Assembly: GCA_963663805.2 (NCBI GenBank)
Contig: CAXXMR010000020.1
Coordinates: 160,001-224,000, forward strand
Direction: 5' to 3'
From: Sedimentisphaerales bacterium
GTDB lineage: Bacteria; Planctomycetota; Phycisphaerae; Sedimentisphaerales; SM23-30
Length of the DNA: 64,000 bases
Shown one piece after another: positions 30,006 through 41,772 of this stretch. A program made the position numbers and the translations under genes. Within the stretch, counting starts at the first letter, position 1, and every line of letters begins with the position of its first letter. The notes under the pieces are model-generated. The model saw only the letters and a list, made by a program, of their open reading frames with translations. It did no database searches and was not told where the DNA came from.

Positions 30006-31049
30006 CTAAAACCCGTAATGCATCACTTTGCACAGTTCTTCGATTACCGCCACAGCATTTTCGATCGGCGTTTCCTCAGGTATCGGCTTGCCGGTCTCCA
30101 GAAACAGTCCGCCGCCCCGGCTGAGTATTTCAACTGCCCGCCGAACTTCCTTACGTGCTTCAGCCGCGCTGCCAGACGAAATACTTCCCTGCGTACCGAT
30201 CCCGCCGCGGAAGGTCAGGTCTTTACCGAACTCACGTTTAATATAGCCGATATTCATCGCCTCAGCCTGCAGCGGATGAAAAACCTGCAAGCCGATATCA
30301 ATAAAGTCCGCCATGATATCCGTATTATCCCCGCACGAATGATGCATGACAACCTTGCCCGCTTTGCTAATCTTATCATATAGCTGCGCCAGACGCGGCT
30401 TGAAGAATTCCAGAAAAATTTTCCGGCTTATCATCAGCCCACGCTGTGCTCCGTAATCATCACCAATAGTTACCCCGTCGATCGGCAGCGTCAGAACCTT
30501 ATCCAACGCCTTGAAATGCATCTCCATCAGGATATCCAACGCTTCATGCACAAAACTGCTTTCCAGCAGATAATCCATAAGAGTTTGTTCCAGTCCGCGT
30601 AAAGCCCATAATCTTTCGCCAAACGTCATCGAAAACTGATAGAATATAAAGCAGTCCGGATTAGCTTTACGTATCGCCAGGATTCGTTCAATCTCTGATT
30701 CCGGCACCAGATCGATCTGAGGTATCTTTTTCGCGTCCGGCTCTTTGAGATATGGATTGACACACATAAATCCACCGTGTTCATAGCGATATTCCGATCC
30801 GAACCAGTCGCAAAATCCCTTTGACGTAACATAGCTACACTCCAGAGGCCAGAGAATGCGAATAATATCATCTTGTGGGCAAGGCCATTGACTTCTAGGC
30901 CCCCACATCTCCACTAGCTTTTCTTCGATAGGTTTCGCCAGATATAACGTCCACGGTATACGCGGAGGCTGATGATGATTAACTGCCCGCAATGCCAGCT
31001 CCCGGGAAGTCAAAGTGTCCGTACTGTTATCAGCTTTTGTTTTTTCCAT
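30006..31049 (-). CDS. Uroporphyrinogen decarboxylase / methylcobamide methyltransferase-like family protein
   Basis: LRGLE..LMD, GDDYGAQRGLMIS, HSCGD, GGIGTQ, TPIEN. Confidence 0.85.
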   Translation of the reverse strand: MEKTKADNSTDTLTSRELALRAVNHHQPPRIPWTLYLAKPIEEKLVEMWGPRSQWPCPQDDIIRILWPLECSYVTSKGFCDWFGSEYRYEHGGFMCVNPYLKEPDAKKIPQIDLVPESEIERILAIRKANPDCFIFYQFSMTFGERLWALRGLEQTLMDYLLESSFVHEALDILMEMHFKALDKVLTLPIDGVTIGDDYGAQRGLMISRKIFLEFFKPRLAQLYDKISKAGKVVMHHSCGDNTDIMADFIDIGLQVFHPLQAEAMNIGYIKREFGKDLTFRGGIGTQGSISSGSAAEARKEVRRAVEILSRGGGLFLETGKPIPEETPIENAVAVIEELCKVMHYGF

Positions 31050-31153
31050 TTTATTTATTTTCCATTTCGATATTTTTTAGAATTTAATACGCTCAAAATG
31101 ACAGAGCTGGGGGATTAATTAAAACTTAACTTTTGCAAAACTCTAGTTAAAAT

Positions 31154-33489
31154 TTAGTCCTTATCGATCTGTAGCATATCAGCCAAATGACGATAATGAT
31201 TGGCTATCGATCTTGCCGCGACTCTGCTGTCTTTCTTAGCGATAGCTTTAAGAATAGATTCATGCGAAGATGCGCCAGGCCCTTCCAGGTGATGGATAAA
31301 CTGTTCCGTTTTGTTCAGCCGCTCCAGGACATGAAAGATCATCGCGTACCATTGCAGTAGCTTAGGTCGGACCATCGTGCTGAGAATCTCGCCGCCCGCG
31401 AACCTTATCACCGCCATGTGAAAATCTATATCCCATTTCCGGAATGTTTCCACATCTTTTCCCCGCTTGGCTTTCTCCAGTTCCCCGACGATATTTGCGA
31501 GATATTCCAGATGACCTTGTGTTGCACTCGCCGCCAGCGTATAAAACGCGCCCGTTTCTACTGACAGCCGTAGCTTATAAATATCCCGGGCGATCACCGG
31601 GTCAGAAAAATCCACCAGAAACGAACCGCGATTGCCCACTGTCTTGATCCAGCCTTCGCTACGCAACCGGGTGATTGCCTCACGCACCGGCCCATTACTC
31701 ATATTCAACACTTTGGCAATCGCAGACTCGGTAATTTTTCCGCCATATCTGATCGCCTGGGATGACTCAACGCTTTCGACGGGGAAAACAACTTCACAAA
31801 TGATGTAACATTTTAGCCAAGTGAAGCAAATTCTATAGCTTTTGGGTTGGCTTGTGCAAAAAAAAGACAAAAAAAACTTCAAAATGTTAAGATGGGTAAT
31901 TTGCGCTATTGCGTGTAATGGTTTATAGTTTCAGCATGATGAAGCCGAATGCTGAACAGGCTATCGCCGACCTGGCCTTAGAGCAGGAATTGACTGCGGA
32001 GCAGGCTGAGCTTATTTACGAGCAAGGCAGAGAGGCGGTGGTTTTTGTTTTGCTGAGACTGTCGAAACTGGCAGCGGAAAAAAACACAAGGTACGTTAGT
32101 TGCCGGCAGTCCGGCTGATCCTTCGTGTCCCTCAGGTCAGAAGCCGGTTTTTGTCAAGCCGAACAAAACAGATAAAAAACGCGGCAAAAAGTTTGGCCGT
32201 AAAAAAGGGCATCAAGGTACTCGCCGCAATCTGCCGACCCAAATAGACCGTACCGAAGAACATCGCGCTTCATGTTGTCCGGACTGCGGCGGCGAACTGA
32301 AAAAATGTTCCGGCACACGTGAACGAATCATCGAAGACATCCCGGAAGATGTTCGCGTTGAGACGGTAAAGCATGTTATTCATCGCGACTGGTGTCCGAA
32401 CTGTCGCAAGGCGGTTGAGCCGATCGTAACCGATGCTCTGCCAAAATCATCTATTGGCAATGGTATTGTGGTTTTGTGTGCCTGGCTCCACTTTGCGTTG
32501 GGCAATACGATAGCGCAGATCCTGGAGGTGTTTAATTTTCATCTCCGGTTTAAGATGTCGCCGGGCGGATTAGTCCAGATGTGGCATCGTTTAGCGGATA
32601 TACTCCTGGCCTGGTACGAAGAAATAATCGAGGACATTCAAAAAAGCCGGTGTCCTGCACGGCGATGAGACCGGCTGGCGGGTAAACGGTAAAACGCATT
32701 GGTTATGGTGCTTTACCAGCCATCAAGCCACGATTTTTACGGTCGAGCAGTCGCGGGCCGGGCCGGTGGTTTTGGAATTTATCAAAGAATGTTTCAACGG
32801 CGTGTTCGTAAGTGACTTCTGGTATGCTTACAATGTATTGTCATGCGCCAAACAAAAGTGCCTGGTTCACTTACTGCGTGATTTGGAGCGAGTCTGGAAA
32901 GCCAAAGACCACAGCGGCGATTGGCCGAGGTTCTCCAAAAAACTCAAACGATTAATTCGCGACGCGATACGCCTGCGTAAACGCATCGATGAACTGGATG
33001 CGACGGTTTACCAGCGGCGCTGCCAACGAATCGAAAAACGCTTGGATCTTATTATCGCGCATGAGTGGTCGAACAAGGAAGCTCAGCGGTTGATTAAGCG
33101 TTTGAAACGCCATCATGATGAGCTGTTCACTTTTCTGAGCAATCGCGAGGTGCCGTTCGATAATAATTTTGGCGAACGCAGCATTCGCGGCGCGGTGATC
33201 ATGCGAAAGAACAGCTATAACAACCGCAGCGACCGTGGAGCCCGAACGCAATCGGTGCTGATGAGCGTGTTTTTTACCCTGAAACAACGCGGCCTAAACC
33301 CGGTTGCTACCATCAAAAAAGCCCTGCGAACATACATCAAAACCGGCAAATTGCCAAAACTCGCGGAGTTCTCTGCTTCACTTGGCTAAAGTGTTACCAA
33401 ATGATGTATTCGTAAGCCTGCTCTGCCAGAGACAGTTTGCGTCGGCCGGCTTTGAATTGCTGATTCACATGATCGAATATCCGGTTCAT
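31154..33489 (-). pseudogene. GntR/FCD regulator interrupted by IS66
   Basis: 5' part MNRIF...LSLAEQAYEYII (ATG 33489) joins CEVVFP...SNGPVREAITRL...DIDFH across the duplication. Confidence 0.88.
31805..33397 (+). mobile_element. IS66-family single-ORF element; transposase (~31936-33389) has two frameshifts
   Basis: IR gtaacattttagccaagtgaagca / tgcttcacttggctaaagtgttac; 8-bp duplication CAAATGAT; DETGW, QKCLVHLLR, DNNFGERSIR. Confidence 0.93.
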
Positions 33490-33681
33490 CGGGATTGCTA
33501 TTTCGCTGGCCAGCTCTCTCTTAAGGTATGGCATAATTAATTCCTCTCTTAGGCTACAAAACTTAAGCACTTAAGTATGAATTTACCTGATCATCAAACC
33601 CAATGCAATACATTTCTAAAAAACCGCCCAGAAATTAAAAAACACACACGAAAAAATCGTCAAAAATCTATTTATTCGCCC

Positions 33682-34139
33682 CTAAAAAGTCACAGTTGGC
33701 GTTATTCTGGAGGGCATGTGGTAGTAGTAGAAGGGTAAATCCGGGGTGGCCTGGGCGATGATCTGGCAATAATCCACTAAGTCTTTTTCTGTAGAAGGTT
33801 TATAGAAGCAGGGGACCTGGCAGCCAATGTCGTAGCAGTTGGTTTCATGGGCGTGTTGAGCCAGTTTGGCACTTTCAATATAACTTGTATGTCCGACATG
33901 AACAATTATTTTGAAACCATCGGGGGTTGCCTGCTGCCATGCTTTGGTTAGTTCTATTCGCTCACCAATTGATAGCGACATCCCTTCGCCGGTAGTGCCG
34001 CAAATGAAGACGCCGCTGACGCCACCGTTCGCAAGTGATTTGCGTAAATGTTTATCATGGAGAGGTTTAACGGGACATCTTGGTGCATGGGCGTGAAAGG
34101 TGTGGCAATCAAGCCGGTGAGTTTTTCAAAGGCTTTCAT
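33682..34139 (-). pseudogene. nanA: N-acetylneuraminate lyase / DHDPS family, frameshifted and 3'-truncated
   Basis: GLIATPFTPM, GVFICGTTGEGMSLS, IVHVG, YYYHMPS, then loss of similarity before the catalytic Lys. Confidence 0.75.
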
Positions 34140-35654
34140 AGCAATTCCTATTCAAATTGTACTAATGATTGTTAATAACACAATATATACAACACTGCAA
34201 ATCAGTGCTGATTACACGGAAAAGCACCCACAAAAACGTTTTTGTTACAACCTTCTATGAACAAGATGTTTGTGGGTTTGGCGGGCAATATAAACAAAGT
34301 GTATATTTTTGTTGACATTTCGATAATGATTGTGTACACTGCACTAATGATGTTAGTAAAGTCAGATCGTCGTACATTGCGTAAATATGAGCAGGCCAAA
34401 GGTTATATTGTTGAAATGGTTATGCACCGAATAAGAGATATTCTGAACGGTATATTCAGTATCTTCAATTTCACCAGAGAGCACCACCGCGGTATCGGCC
34501 TTCGCTTCATGGCGGCTTTTATTGGGGGCGGGAAATTCAAAACCGCATTCCGGACAGACGGCATACGCCGCGTGGATGAGGGCCTGGCATTCGGGGCACT
34601 CCTTGGCGGGTGCTTCACCGGAACCATTTTTCTCATCTGGACCCGACACGGCGTCCACCGGCCCATGTCGCAGCACATTACCACCATAGTCAAGAATTAA
34701 GCAGTCCCCTTTGCCGGGATGAAGACGAGCGCCGCGCCCGATCATTTGCACATAGAGTCCCACCGAGGCCGTCGGCCGCAATAACACCACACAATCAATA
34801 TTAGTGGCATCAAAACCGGTGGTGAGGACATTCACATTGGCCAGGTACTTCAGGGGCGGTTTGGTTCCATCGAATAAATCCGAAGTGATGGTTTCACCTT
34901 TGAACCGGGCCAATATCTCGGCTCGCTCGATTGCGGGCGTATCACCGGTAACCATACCGCATTCCTGCTGCGAGATTTTACTGATCTCGGCGGCCACATG
35001 TTCACAATGGCTGACACTTGTAGTGAAAATTAGAACACTGTTTCGATTCTCGGTGAGTTCGACAATCTCCCGGCAGGCACTGCGTACCAGATAATCCTGG
35101 TCCATGGCCGCCTCCATCTCGGCGGCAATGAATTCACCGCCCCGGATATGGAGATTATCCAGGCTGGCTTTGGCCTTACCGCTGCGGGACTTAAGTTTGG
35201 CGAGATATCCCTGCACAATCATTTCCCGAATGCCTGCTTCATAACAGATGTGATTCAGAATATTTTCGGGCCTGCAAATAAGACCGCCCTTGAGCCGATA
35301 CGGCGTGGCGGTCGTGCCGACAATCCTGATGTGGGGATTGACAATCTTCGCGTCCTTGAGGAACTGCTGGTACATGGTCTCACTGTCGGGACTAAGCAAA
35401 TGCGCTTCGTCGATAATAATCAGATCGAAGGGGCCCAGTTCGCAGGCGCGCTTATAGATGGACTGGATACCAGCGACAATCACTGGATTGTCTGTATCGC
35501 GGCGGTTCAATCCGGCCGAATAAATCCCCAGTTTAACATCGGAACAGAGCACCTGAATCTTCTCGGCGTTCTGTTCGAGCAGCTCTTTGACATGCGCCAA
35601 AACCAGAACTCGACCGTTCCACAGATTTACCGCATCGGTGACAATCTGGCCTAT

Positions 35655-37639
35655 CCCCAATTTCTCACTTAAGGGGTAAAAAGTGGATTTTTGGCTCCTT
35701 CAGGGCTGTTGGTCTGTCGCCAACAGTGGTGTTATTTTTTGAGCTGACCGCTGTATATTTTCGGTGGCTTTTGCGGCGGCATTTCCATCTTCAAATGGTA
35801 TAGCAGCAATTTCTGATCGCCATCGGGCTCGGTATATCTCTGCATCAGCAGAGTCCTGCCGTCCTGGGTTTCAAAGGACACATCGAGCATCTGGATTCGT
35901 GACATTGTTTCCAAAACGGCCTGGCTGGTTATCCCGCAGGCACTGGCCCGCAGTCTGTGTCTCAAGGTCACTTGCAGACAATAGCTCATAAACGCTACAA
36001 ACACGTGAGCATCGACCCGGTCTTCTTTATGGTGATAGACCGGCCGAACACCCAGATCGCTTTTGAGCTCCCGGAACGCTTGTTCTACATTACATTGCAG
36101 CATATACTCCTGCCAAAGCTCTATGCCATTCTTTCCGGTTTGATTGGTACGCAAAAAGTATGTGCCGTCACGATAAATCATTTCTCGGTATTTGTTCCTA
36201 TCGAATTTATAATCAAACTCACCTTCCTCAATTCTTTCCTTTGGTTTTGGAATTGTAAGAGTAACGCATTTATACGAACTGCCAGCATGATGTTTGAGTT
36301 TGCCCAGCCTTTGCATAAAACGGGCGTAATCACGATATTTCTTCAGCTTCTCCAGACCTTCCAGATAGTCACGCAGCTTGCGCTTACGCATAGCCCGTTC
36401 TTTAGCCATCCGCTCTTTGCTGCGGGCTAGAACATAACATTCACCATCTTTTTCGATATGCTTTATGCGAACACTGTCATTTACATCATGCCAGTTTTTC
36501 ACCGAGAGTTCTTTTGAGAATTCATCCAGTAATTTACGAGGAGTACCAACAAGGTAACCAATGTCATTATCACGCATGTGCTCAAGTACCGCTTCTGTGG
36601 GGATACCCCGGTCCATCAGCCAAACCCTGCCGACTTGGCCGTATTTTGACTCTATCTTGTTCAATAACGGCTTTAGCGTGGTTTTCTCCGAGGTATTACC
36701 CGCCCAGATTTCATAATTAATCGGAAAGCCATCGGGCGTAACTACCAAAGCTATCAGAATCTGCCGACAATCACTTCTGCGATCTTTGCTATGACCAAAT
36801 TTGGCTTTAGGATTCTGTTTGCATAATCCCTCAAAATACGTACTGGTGATATCGTAAAGCAAAATATCGTATTCCAGATTGAACATCATCTGCCAGGTAT
36901 CTTTCAGATAAGAGCAAAGCTCCTCTTTGTAGGGCAATATCCTGTCCAGGCAGCGGTAAAGCCGGTTCTTTTCGGCAACCTCAAAATCACAGTCCAGCAA
37001 TACATCCATTGCGGTTTGAGTAAACCAGTGCTGATGAACATAAAACTCCGCGCCGGGTTTGATAAGACGATTTACCGTCAATAATTTAACGACTTTGGAA
37101 TACTCCACCGAAGATCTTTCGGTGTCTATACGAGCGGACCAGAATTTATCCAGCCCAAGAGTATCCCATATCTCACAGCCCAGCCAACAGTCACCAAATG
37201 TTCGGGGGTTTTCCAGCCGCATCTTTGATAATTTCACGGCAATGGTATCGACATCATGGTGGGCATGATTATCCTGGTCATAAGCAAACAATGATTTGCG
37301 GACAGGCTGGTTATCCTCGTTGATTATCTCAATAGACTTTTCCCAGGACTTCTTTTGCGAATCGGAAATCTCCCCGAGATACAGAACCATCTTCTCCACA
37401 TAACGACCGCGCGAGACTTTACGCTTCTCAGCTATGCTGTAGTAGGTGTTGTACTTGCCGTTCTTCTTTCGCTTGTGCTTCTTCAGGTACATGCACATAT
37501 TATCGCGGCTGAAAAACACCTGGCAATAGGGCAGGTCTGTACCAGAGCCAATATCGAACTAAAATCGCCGCTTACAACTCAAAATCACAGAAAATATTTT
37601 TATTTTTGACGGTTTTGACCGCTAAGTGAGAAATTGGGG
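35655..37639 (-). mobile_element. IS1634-family element, copy 2 (intact)
   Basis: Same IRs as copy 1; 4-bp duplication CTAT. Confidence 0.95.
35732..37519 (-). CDS. IS1634 transposase
   Basis: Uninterrupted 595-aa DDE ORF. Confidence 0.93.
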   Translation of the reverse strand: MFFSRDNMCMYLKKHKRKKNGKYNTYYSIAEKRKVSRGRYVEKMVLYLGEISDSQKKSWEKSIEIINEDNQPVRKSLFAYDQDNHAHHDVDTIAVKLSKMRLENPRTFGDCWLGCEIWDTLGLDKFWSARIDTERSSVEYSKVVKLLTVNRLIKPGAEFYVHQHWFTQTAMDVLLDCDFEVAEKNRLYRCLDRILPYKEELCSYLKDTWQMMFNLEYDILLYDITSTYFEGLCKQNPKAKFGHSKDRRSDCRQILIALVVTPDGFPINYEIWAGNTSEKTTLKPLLNKIESKYGQVGRVWLMDRGIPTEAVLEHMRDNDIGYLVGTPRKLLDEFSKELSVKNWHDVNDSVRIKHIEKDGECYVLARSKERMAKERAMRKRKLRDYLEGLEKLKKYRDYARFMQRLGKLKHHAGSSYKCVTLTIPKPKERIEEGEFDYKFDRNKYREMIYRDGTYFLRTNQTGKNGIELWQEYMLQCNVEQAFRELKSDLGVRPVYHHKEDRVDAHVFVAFMSYCLQVTLRHRLRASACGITSQAVLETMSRIQMLDVSFETQDGRTLLMQRYTEPDGDQKLLLYHLKMEMPPQKPPKIYSGQLKK

Positions 37640-37837
37640 CTATGATGACGCCCTTGCCCGTTCCGGTAGGCAGCACCACACAGGGATTGTCATCCCTATG
37701 CCGCAGATGCTGATAAACAGCATCTACGGCTTCCTGTTGATAGGGTCTTAATTTAAGCATTTTTCCCTAAATCTTTCTTGACAAGTTGCCAACAATGATA
37801 TATACTTGGATATATAACATTTAAGAGGTTTAATATT

Positions 37838-38068
37838 ATGAATACTGCTAAAATATTCGCTAACGGTCGTAGCCAGGCAGTCAGACTGCCCAAAGAATAC
37901 CGCTTTGACACCGATGAAGTTGGTATTAGTAAAATTGGCAACATGGTGGTCTTATATCCTCTGGATACCGCTTGGGATTTGTTTGCCCAGTCGCTCGGTG
38001 AATTTACGCCTGATTTCATGACAGAACGCAACCAGCCCCGGGAATTTGAAAAACGGAAATCACTCTAA
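37838..38068 (+). CDS. vapB: AbrB-fold antitoxin
   Basis: KIFANGRSQAVRLPKEYRF; overlaps the toxin start. Confidence 0.93.
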   Translation: MNTAKIFANGRSQAVRLPKEYRFDTDEVGISKIGNMVVLYPLDTAWDLFAQSLGEFTPDFMTERNQPREFEKRKSL

Positions 38069-38469
38069 TGTATATGCTGGATACCAATATCTGTATTGAC
38101 ATTATTCGCAAGAAGAATGCCCGCCTCGTTACCAAGCTATCCTCTTTTTCTCCTGGTGAAATCTGTCTTTCCACCATCGTGCTGGCTGAACTGGAGTTTG
38201 GTGCCGCTAAATGCCGTGATTCAGTCAAAAATACTCGGGCCTTAATCAAGTTTTGTGCTCCCTTTGGAATTCTGCCTTTCGATAATGATGCCGCATATGC
38301 CTATGGCTATGTCCGTTGTCAATTGGAGAGCAAGGGCACACCAATCGGTCCTATGGATACCTTGATTGCTGCCCACGCCTTAGCTTTGGATGCCACCTTG
38401 GTAACCAACAATATGCGCGAGTTCAAACGAGTCAAAGGCCTCAAACTGGAAAACTGGATCAGAAGTTAA
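38068..38469 (+). CDS. vapC: PIN-domain toxin
   Basis: MLDTNICI, ELEFG, IGPMDTLIAAHA, LVTNN.REF. Confidence 0.95.
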   Translation: MYMLDTNICIDIIRKKNARLVTKLSSFSPGEICLSTIVLAELEFGAAKCRDSVKNTRALIKFCAPFGILPFDNDAAYAYGYVRCQLESKGTPIGPMDTLIAAHALALDATLVTNNMREFKRVKGLKLENWIRS

Positions 38470-38606
38470 AAAGTCACCACCGTAGTTAGGGCTGCCGCCG
38501 CCAGCCAGTAAATCACCTTCCGCCAGTCGCTGCCCAGGTACATAACCTAGGCCGCCAGGTCTAAAAATATGAGCAGCAGGGGGAATATTTGCGTCTTATC
38601 TATCAT
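38466..38606 (-). pseudogene. Small two-helix membrane protein with an internal stop, possibly phage-derived
   Basis: MIDKTQIFPLLLIFLDLAA*VMYLGSDWRKVIYWLAAAALTTVVTF; GAGG upstream. Confidence 0.45.
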
Positions 38607-38861
38607 TTGTTCCTCTTGATTTCGTATGCGAATAAAGATTTGGGTTTACCATTAATAATCTCTGCGTCGCCCTCTTCGACCGCGTAGTAGGTAAATAATC
38701 ATCCGAAGCTAAAATGCGGTAATTTCTGGAAGTTACCGGCAAAAATATAGCGAAATTTGATCGGATTTTTGGGCACTTTTAGTGCTGACTTGCTCTTTGA
38801 CAATTAAATATCGATTTCGGCGTATACCGGTAGCGGCAAAGTTGTATGCTTTGACAAATGG

Positions 38862-41463
38862 TTACGCTGCTTTGCGGTGGTAGGATTTAAGTAATCCGCC
38901 GAGTCGTTCGATGCAGAAGATTTCGCCGGTGTTACCTTCGTACCTGGGATTGATGATTTTACCAAGCCCCTGATGAACACGACCGGTGTGATAATACTCA
39001 AGGAATTCTTGAGACTGTAGCATAGATACCGGCATTTTTAATGAGATTTTCGCAAATTAGCCGATAAAACTCCTGGAAGAACAGACCAGTGGAATTTTCC
39101 AGGAGAGACGATTATGGCTGGGCCAGGCGAATACGTATCCGATATAACCGAAGGTATTACTGGTGTTGAAGATTTACCGAAAGCAAAAATCAAACGGCGT
39201 TCACGCACCTACAAAAAGCGTCCTTGCCCCCATTGCGGCCACTCGTCGTATCGAGACAAAGTCTTCAGGCGAAAACTGCATGACCTCGGAGACCTGGCTG
39301 CCAACCGTCCCATCGAGATTTGGGTCAGCTATTCACAGCATCGTTGTTCAAAATGCAAACGATACTTCAATGCCGACCTCACTGATCTTGCGGACCCCGG
39401 CTGTCACTATACCCGTCGGGTTGTTCACCTGGCCGTGCGTTTGGTTGTGGAGGACGGCCTGCCGTACCGCCCGGCATCATGGCACTTGTGGCGAGACCAC
39501 AGAGTTTTTGTCCCTTGGGCTACAATTCAAAACTGGGTTGAGGCGACGGGGAAAAAAAGCTGAGCAACGAATTACAACTGAGTACCTTGATGGTGTTCTG
39601 GCTGATTTCTCCGGCTATATTGCAGCGGACGAATTATATGATGGGCCATTCTGCGTCTTATCCATAGTGGATAACCACACCTTCAAACGGCTCATCTACG
39701 AGGTTCTTGACCATAATCCCACTCATGAAGATATAACAAACTTTTCCTTTCGGTTTCGGACCGAACTGGTACAAAGAACGCTGACATTACGGGGTGTTAC
39801 GACCGACGGCTCGCCTTTATATCCGGAGCCATTGGCGCTGATATTTCCTGACGCTGCTCATCAGGTGTGCGAATTTCATGTCCTCAAGGAGATCAACAGA
39901 GAAATACTCAAAGCTGTTACGAAAGTACGACGAGAGCTCAAGGCAAAGTTGCCCAAGCTGAAACGTGGCCGTCCATCGTCTTCTTCCGCGAAGAAAGCGG
40001 CATCACGCAAGAAGAAACAGGAAAAGAAAATTGCCGATCTGTTTGAGCACAGATATTTATTTGTACAACATTCATTGAGTTCGAAGGATAAGAAGAAGTT
40101 TTTGCATATAACCAGAGGCTTGCCAAACCTGAGAAATTTACGCTCGATCATGGATCAGGTTTATCGTCTTTTTGACCGTCGTTGTCGAACGGAAACGGCA
40201 TTGGAAAAGTTGGCTGTGTTACGCCGGCGAATTGGGCGATTCAAAACCTTGCGACAGACTCTTAAGAAATTGTTCACCCCCAATATCGAAAAGGCGTTGA
40301 CCTTCCTTGATGATTCACAACTGCCGTCAACGTCCAACGCGGTTGAACGGGGCTATCGCCGCCATCGAAAAATGCAGAAGAGTGTCTATCGAGTGCGAAC
40401 TCAAACCAATATCAGCCAGCGGGTGGCTATTGATATGCAGCGTGACGAGCAGTCCCAAGGCCGTTTACGAACTACAACAACACTTCATGAAGAAAGGACT
40501 GGAATGCTATGTTGCCGGTAAAGATGCTACAGAGTCAAATTCTTTAAGAACATATCGCAATTGCGATTCTGATGTCAGGATAAGATGGTTGAAAGCTTCT
40601 TCTTTTATTGTCCTCACGAAGCGTTCGGCGAAAGAATTCAAATTCGGGCTCTTGGGCGGCAACTTAATACATTCAACGCCGGCAGATTTTAAGATACTGG
40701 CGAAGTTTTGCGTGAACAGTGAATCACGGTCATGGATGAGATATTTCTTGTTATTCAAAAAGCCATTTTCACAGTCAGTAATGTTCCGAGCTATCTGTTC
40801 CATCCAGGCACCATCGGGGTCACATTTGACACCAAGGATTTCCACTCTGCGAGTCGACAGTTCAATCGCAAACAGCACCATGTATCGTATTAACCCTTTA
40901 GGTGTAGCAATTTCCACAGAGAAGAAATCGCAAGCGGTTATAACATCGAAATGACTTTTGAGAAATAGCTTCCAGGTTGGCGTGGCATCGGGTTCCGGAT
41001 CGTAGCCATGACGAACCAGAATATTACGGACTGAAGTTCTACTTACTTCAATGTCGAGGGAGTTGATCACATCACAAATCCTTTTAGCTCCCCACCGCGG
41101 ATTTTCTTCTCTAAGTCTCAGGACTAACTTTACAATTTCATGATAGATTTGCGGCCTACCCGGCTTGCGATGCGGTGCAGTATACTTTTGGGCAATAAGC
41201 TTTCTATACCAGCCAAGGATGGTTGTGGGAGCGTGAGTCAGCGAAGTTCTCTCCAGCATTTCTGCCGACAGTTTCTTTGCCTTACGAGCAAGTCTCCTGC
41301 GTTGGCTATCATTGAGCAATAATCGCTTGCCGGGCTGTCGCTCTTCTAGCAGAACAAATATCTGAACTTTCTGAAAATCAAGAGCATGATACAATTCCCT
41401 GTTTATCAAGTACGCCACATAGCTGGCAAAAGCAACCAGAAGTCGGTGTTTCATAGTTGTCAA
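38862..41463 (-). pseudogene. rve integrase-core transposase split by the IS256-like copy 2
   Basis: ACDFF, LIHDRD, NSFAERFVRT...LKEF joins LEYYHTGRVHQGLG...RLGGLLKSYHRKAA* beyond 39010. Possible ends ggtaaata (38690) / tatttacc (41598). Confidence 0.85.
39011..40536 (+). mobile_element. IS256/MULE-like element, copy 2 (transposase 39114-40521)
   Basis: Matches copy 1; flanks gaattctt / aaattctt, an 8-bp duplication with one mismatch. Confidence 0.88.
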
Positions 41464-41655
41464 TCATACCCTCCGAAAGCAATTAGTCTGCGTCATAAAC
41501 ATCAATACTCTTAATGCCTGATTTTCAAGCCATTATACCTTATGCGGGACAATTCGCAAGCCCCCCCTACCACCCTGCTTACCCAGTTGCTATTTACCCT
41601 AAATCCGCTATAATGCCCCCATAAGGTAAAGGCGTCCATATTGGAAGCTATGTAT

Positions 41656-41772
41656 ATGAAAGAATTTATACCAAAATTTACAATAACTAACACGATGACC
41701 GAAGCTTTGACCCGTATCGAGCGGGCTTGTGGTATTCTAGAGAATGCTGTACTCCCAGAGGCTAGCCGATGA
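41656..41772 (+). CDS. 38-aa ORF resembling a Fic N-terminus, coupled to the Fic gene
   Basis: [42 protein letters not shown] overlap with 41769. Confidence 0.45.
   Translation: MKEFIPKFTITNTMTEALTRIERACGILENAVLPEASR

Larger units (their letters stand above)
34420..37760 (-). pseudogene. DEAD/DEAH (RadD/YejH-like) helicase split by IS1634 and probably 3'-truncated
   Basis: LRPYQ...PTGTGKGVII joins GQIVTD across the CTAT duplication; DEAH, TATP, QMIGRGAR, CPEC..CPECG. Confidence 0.88.
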
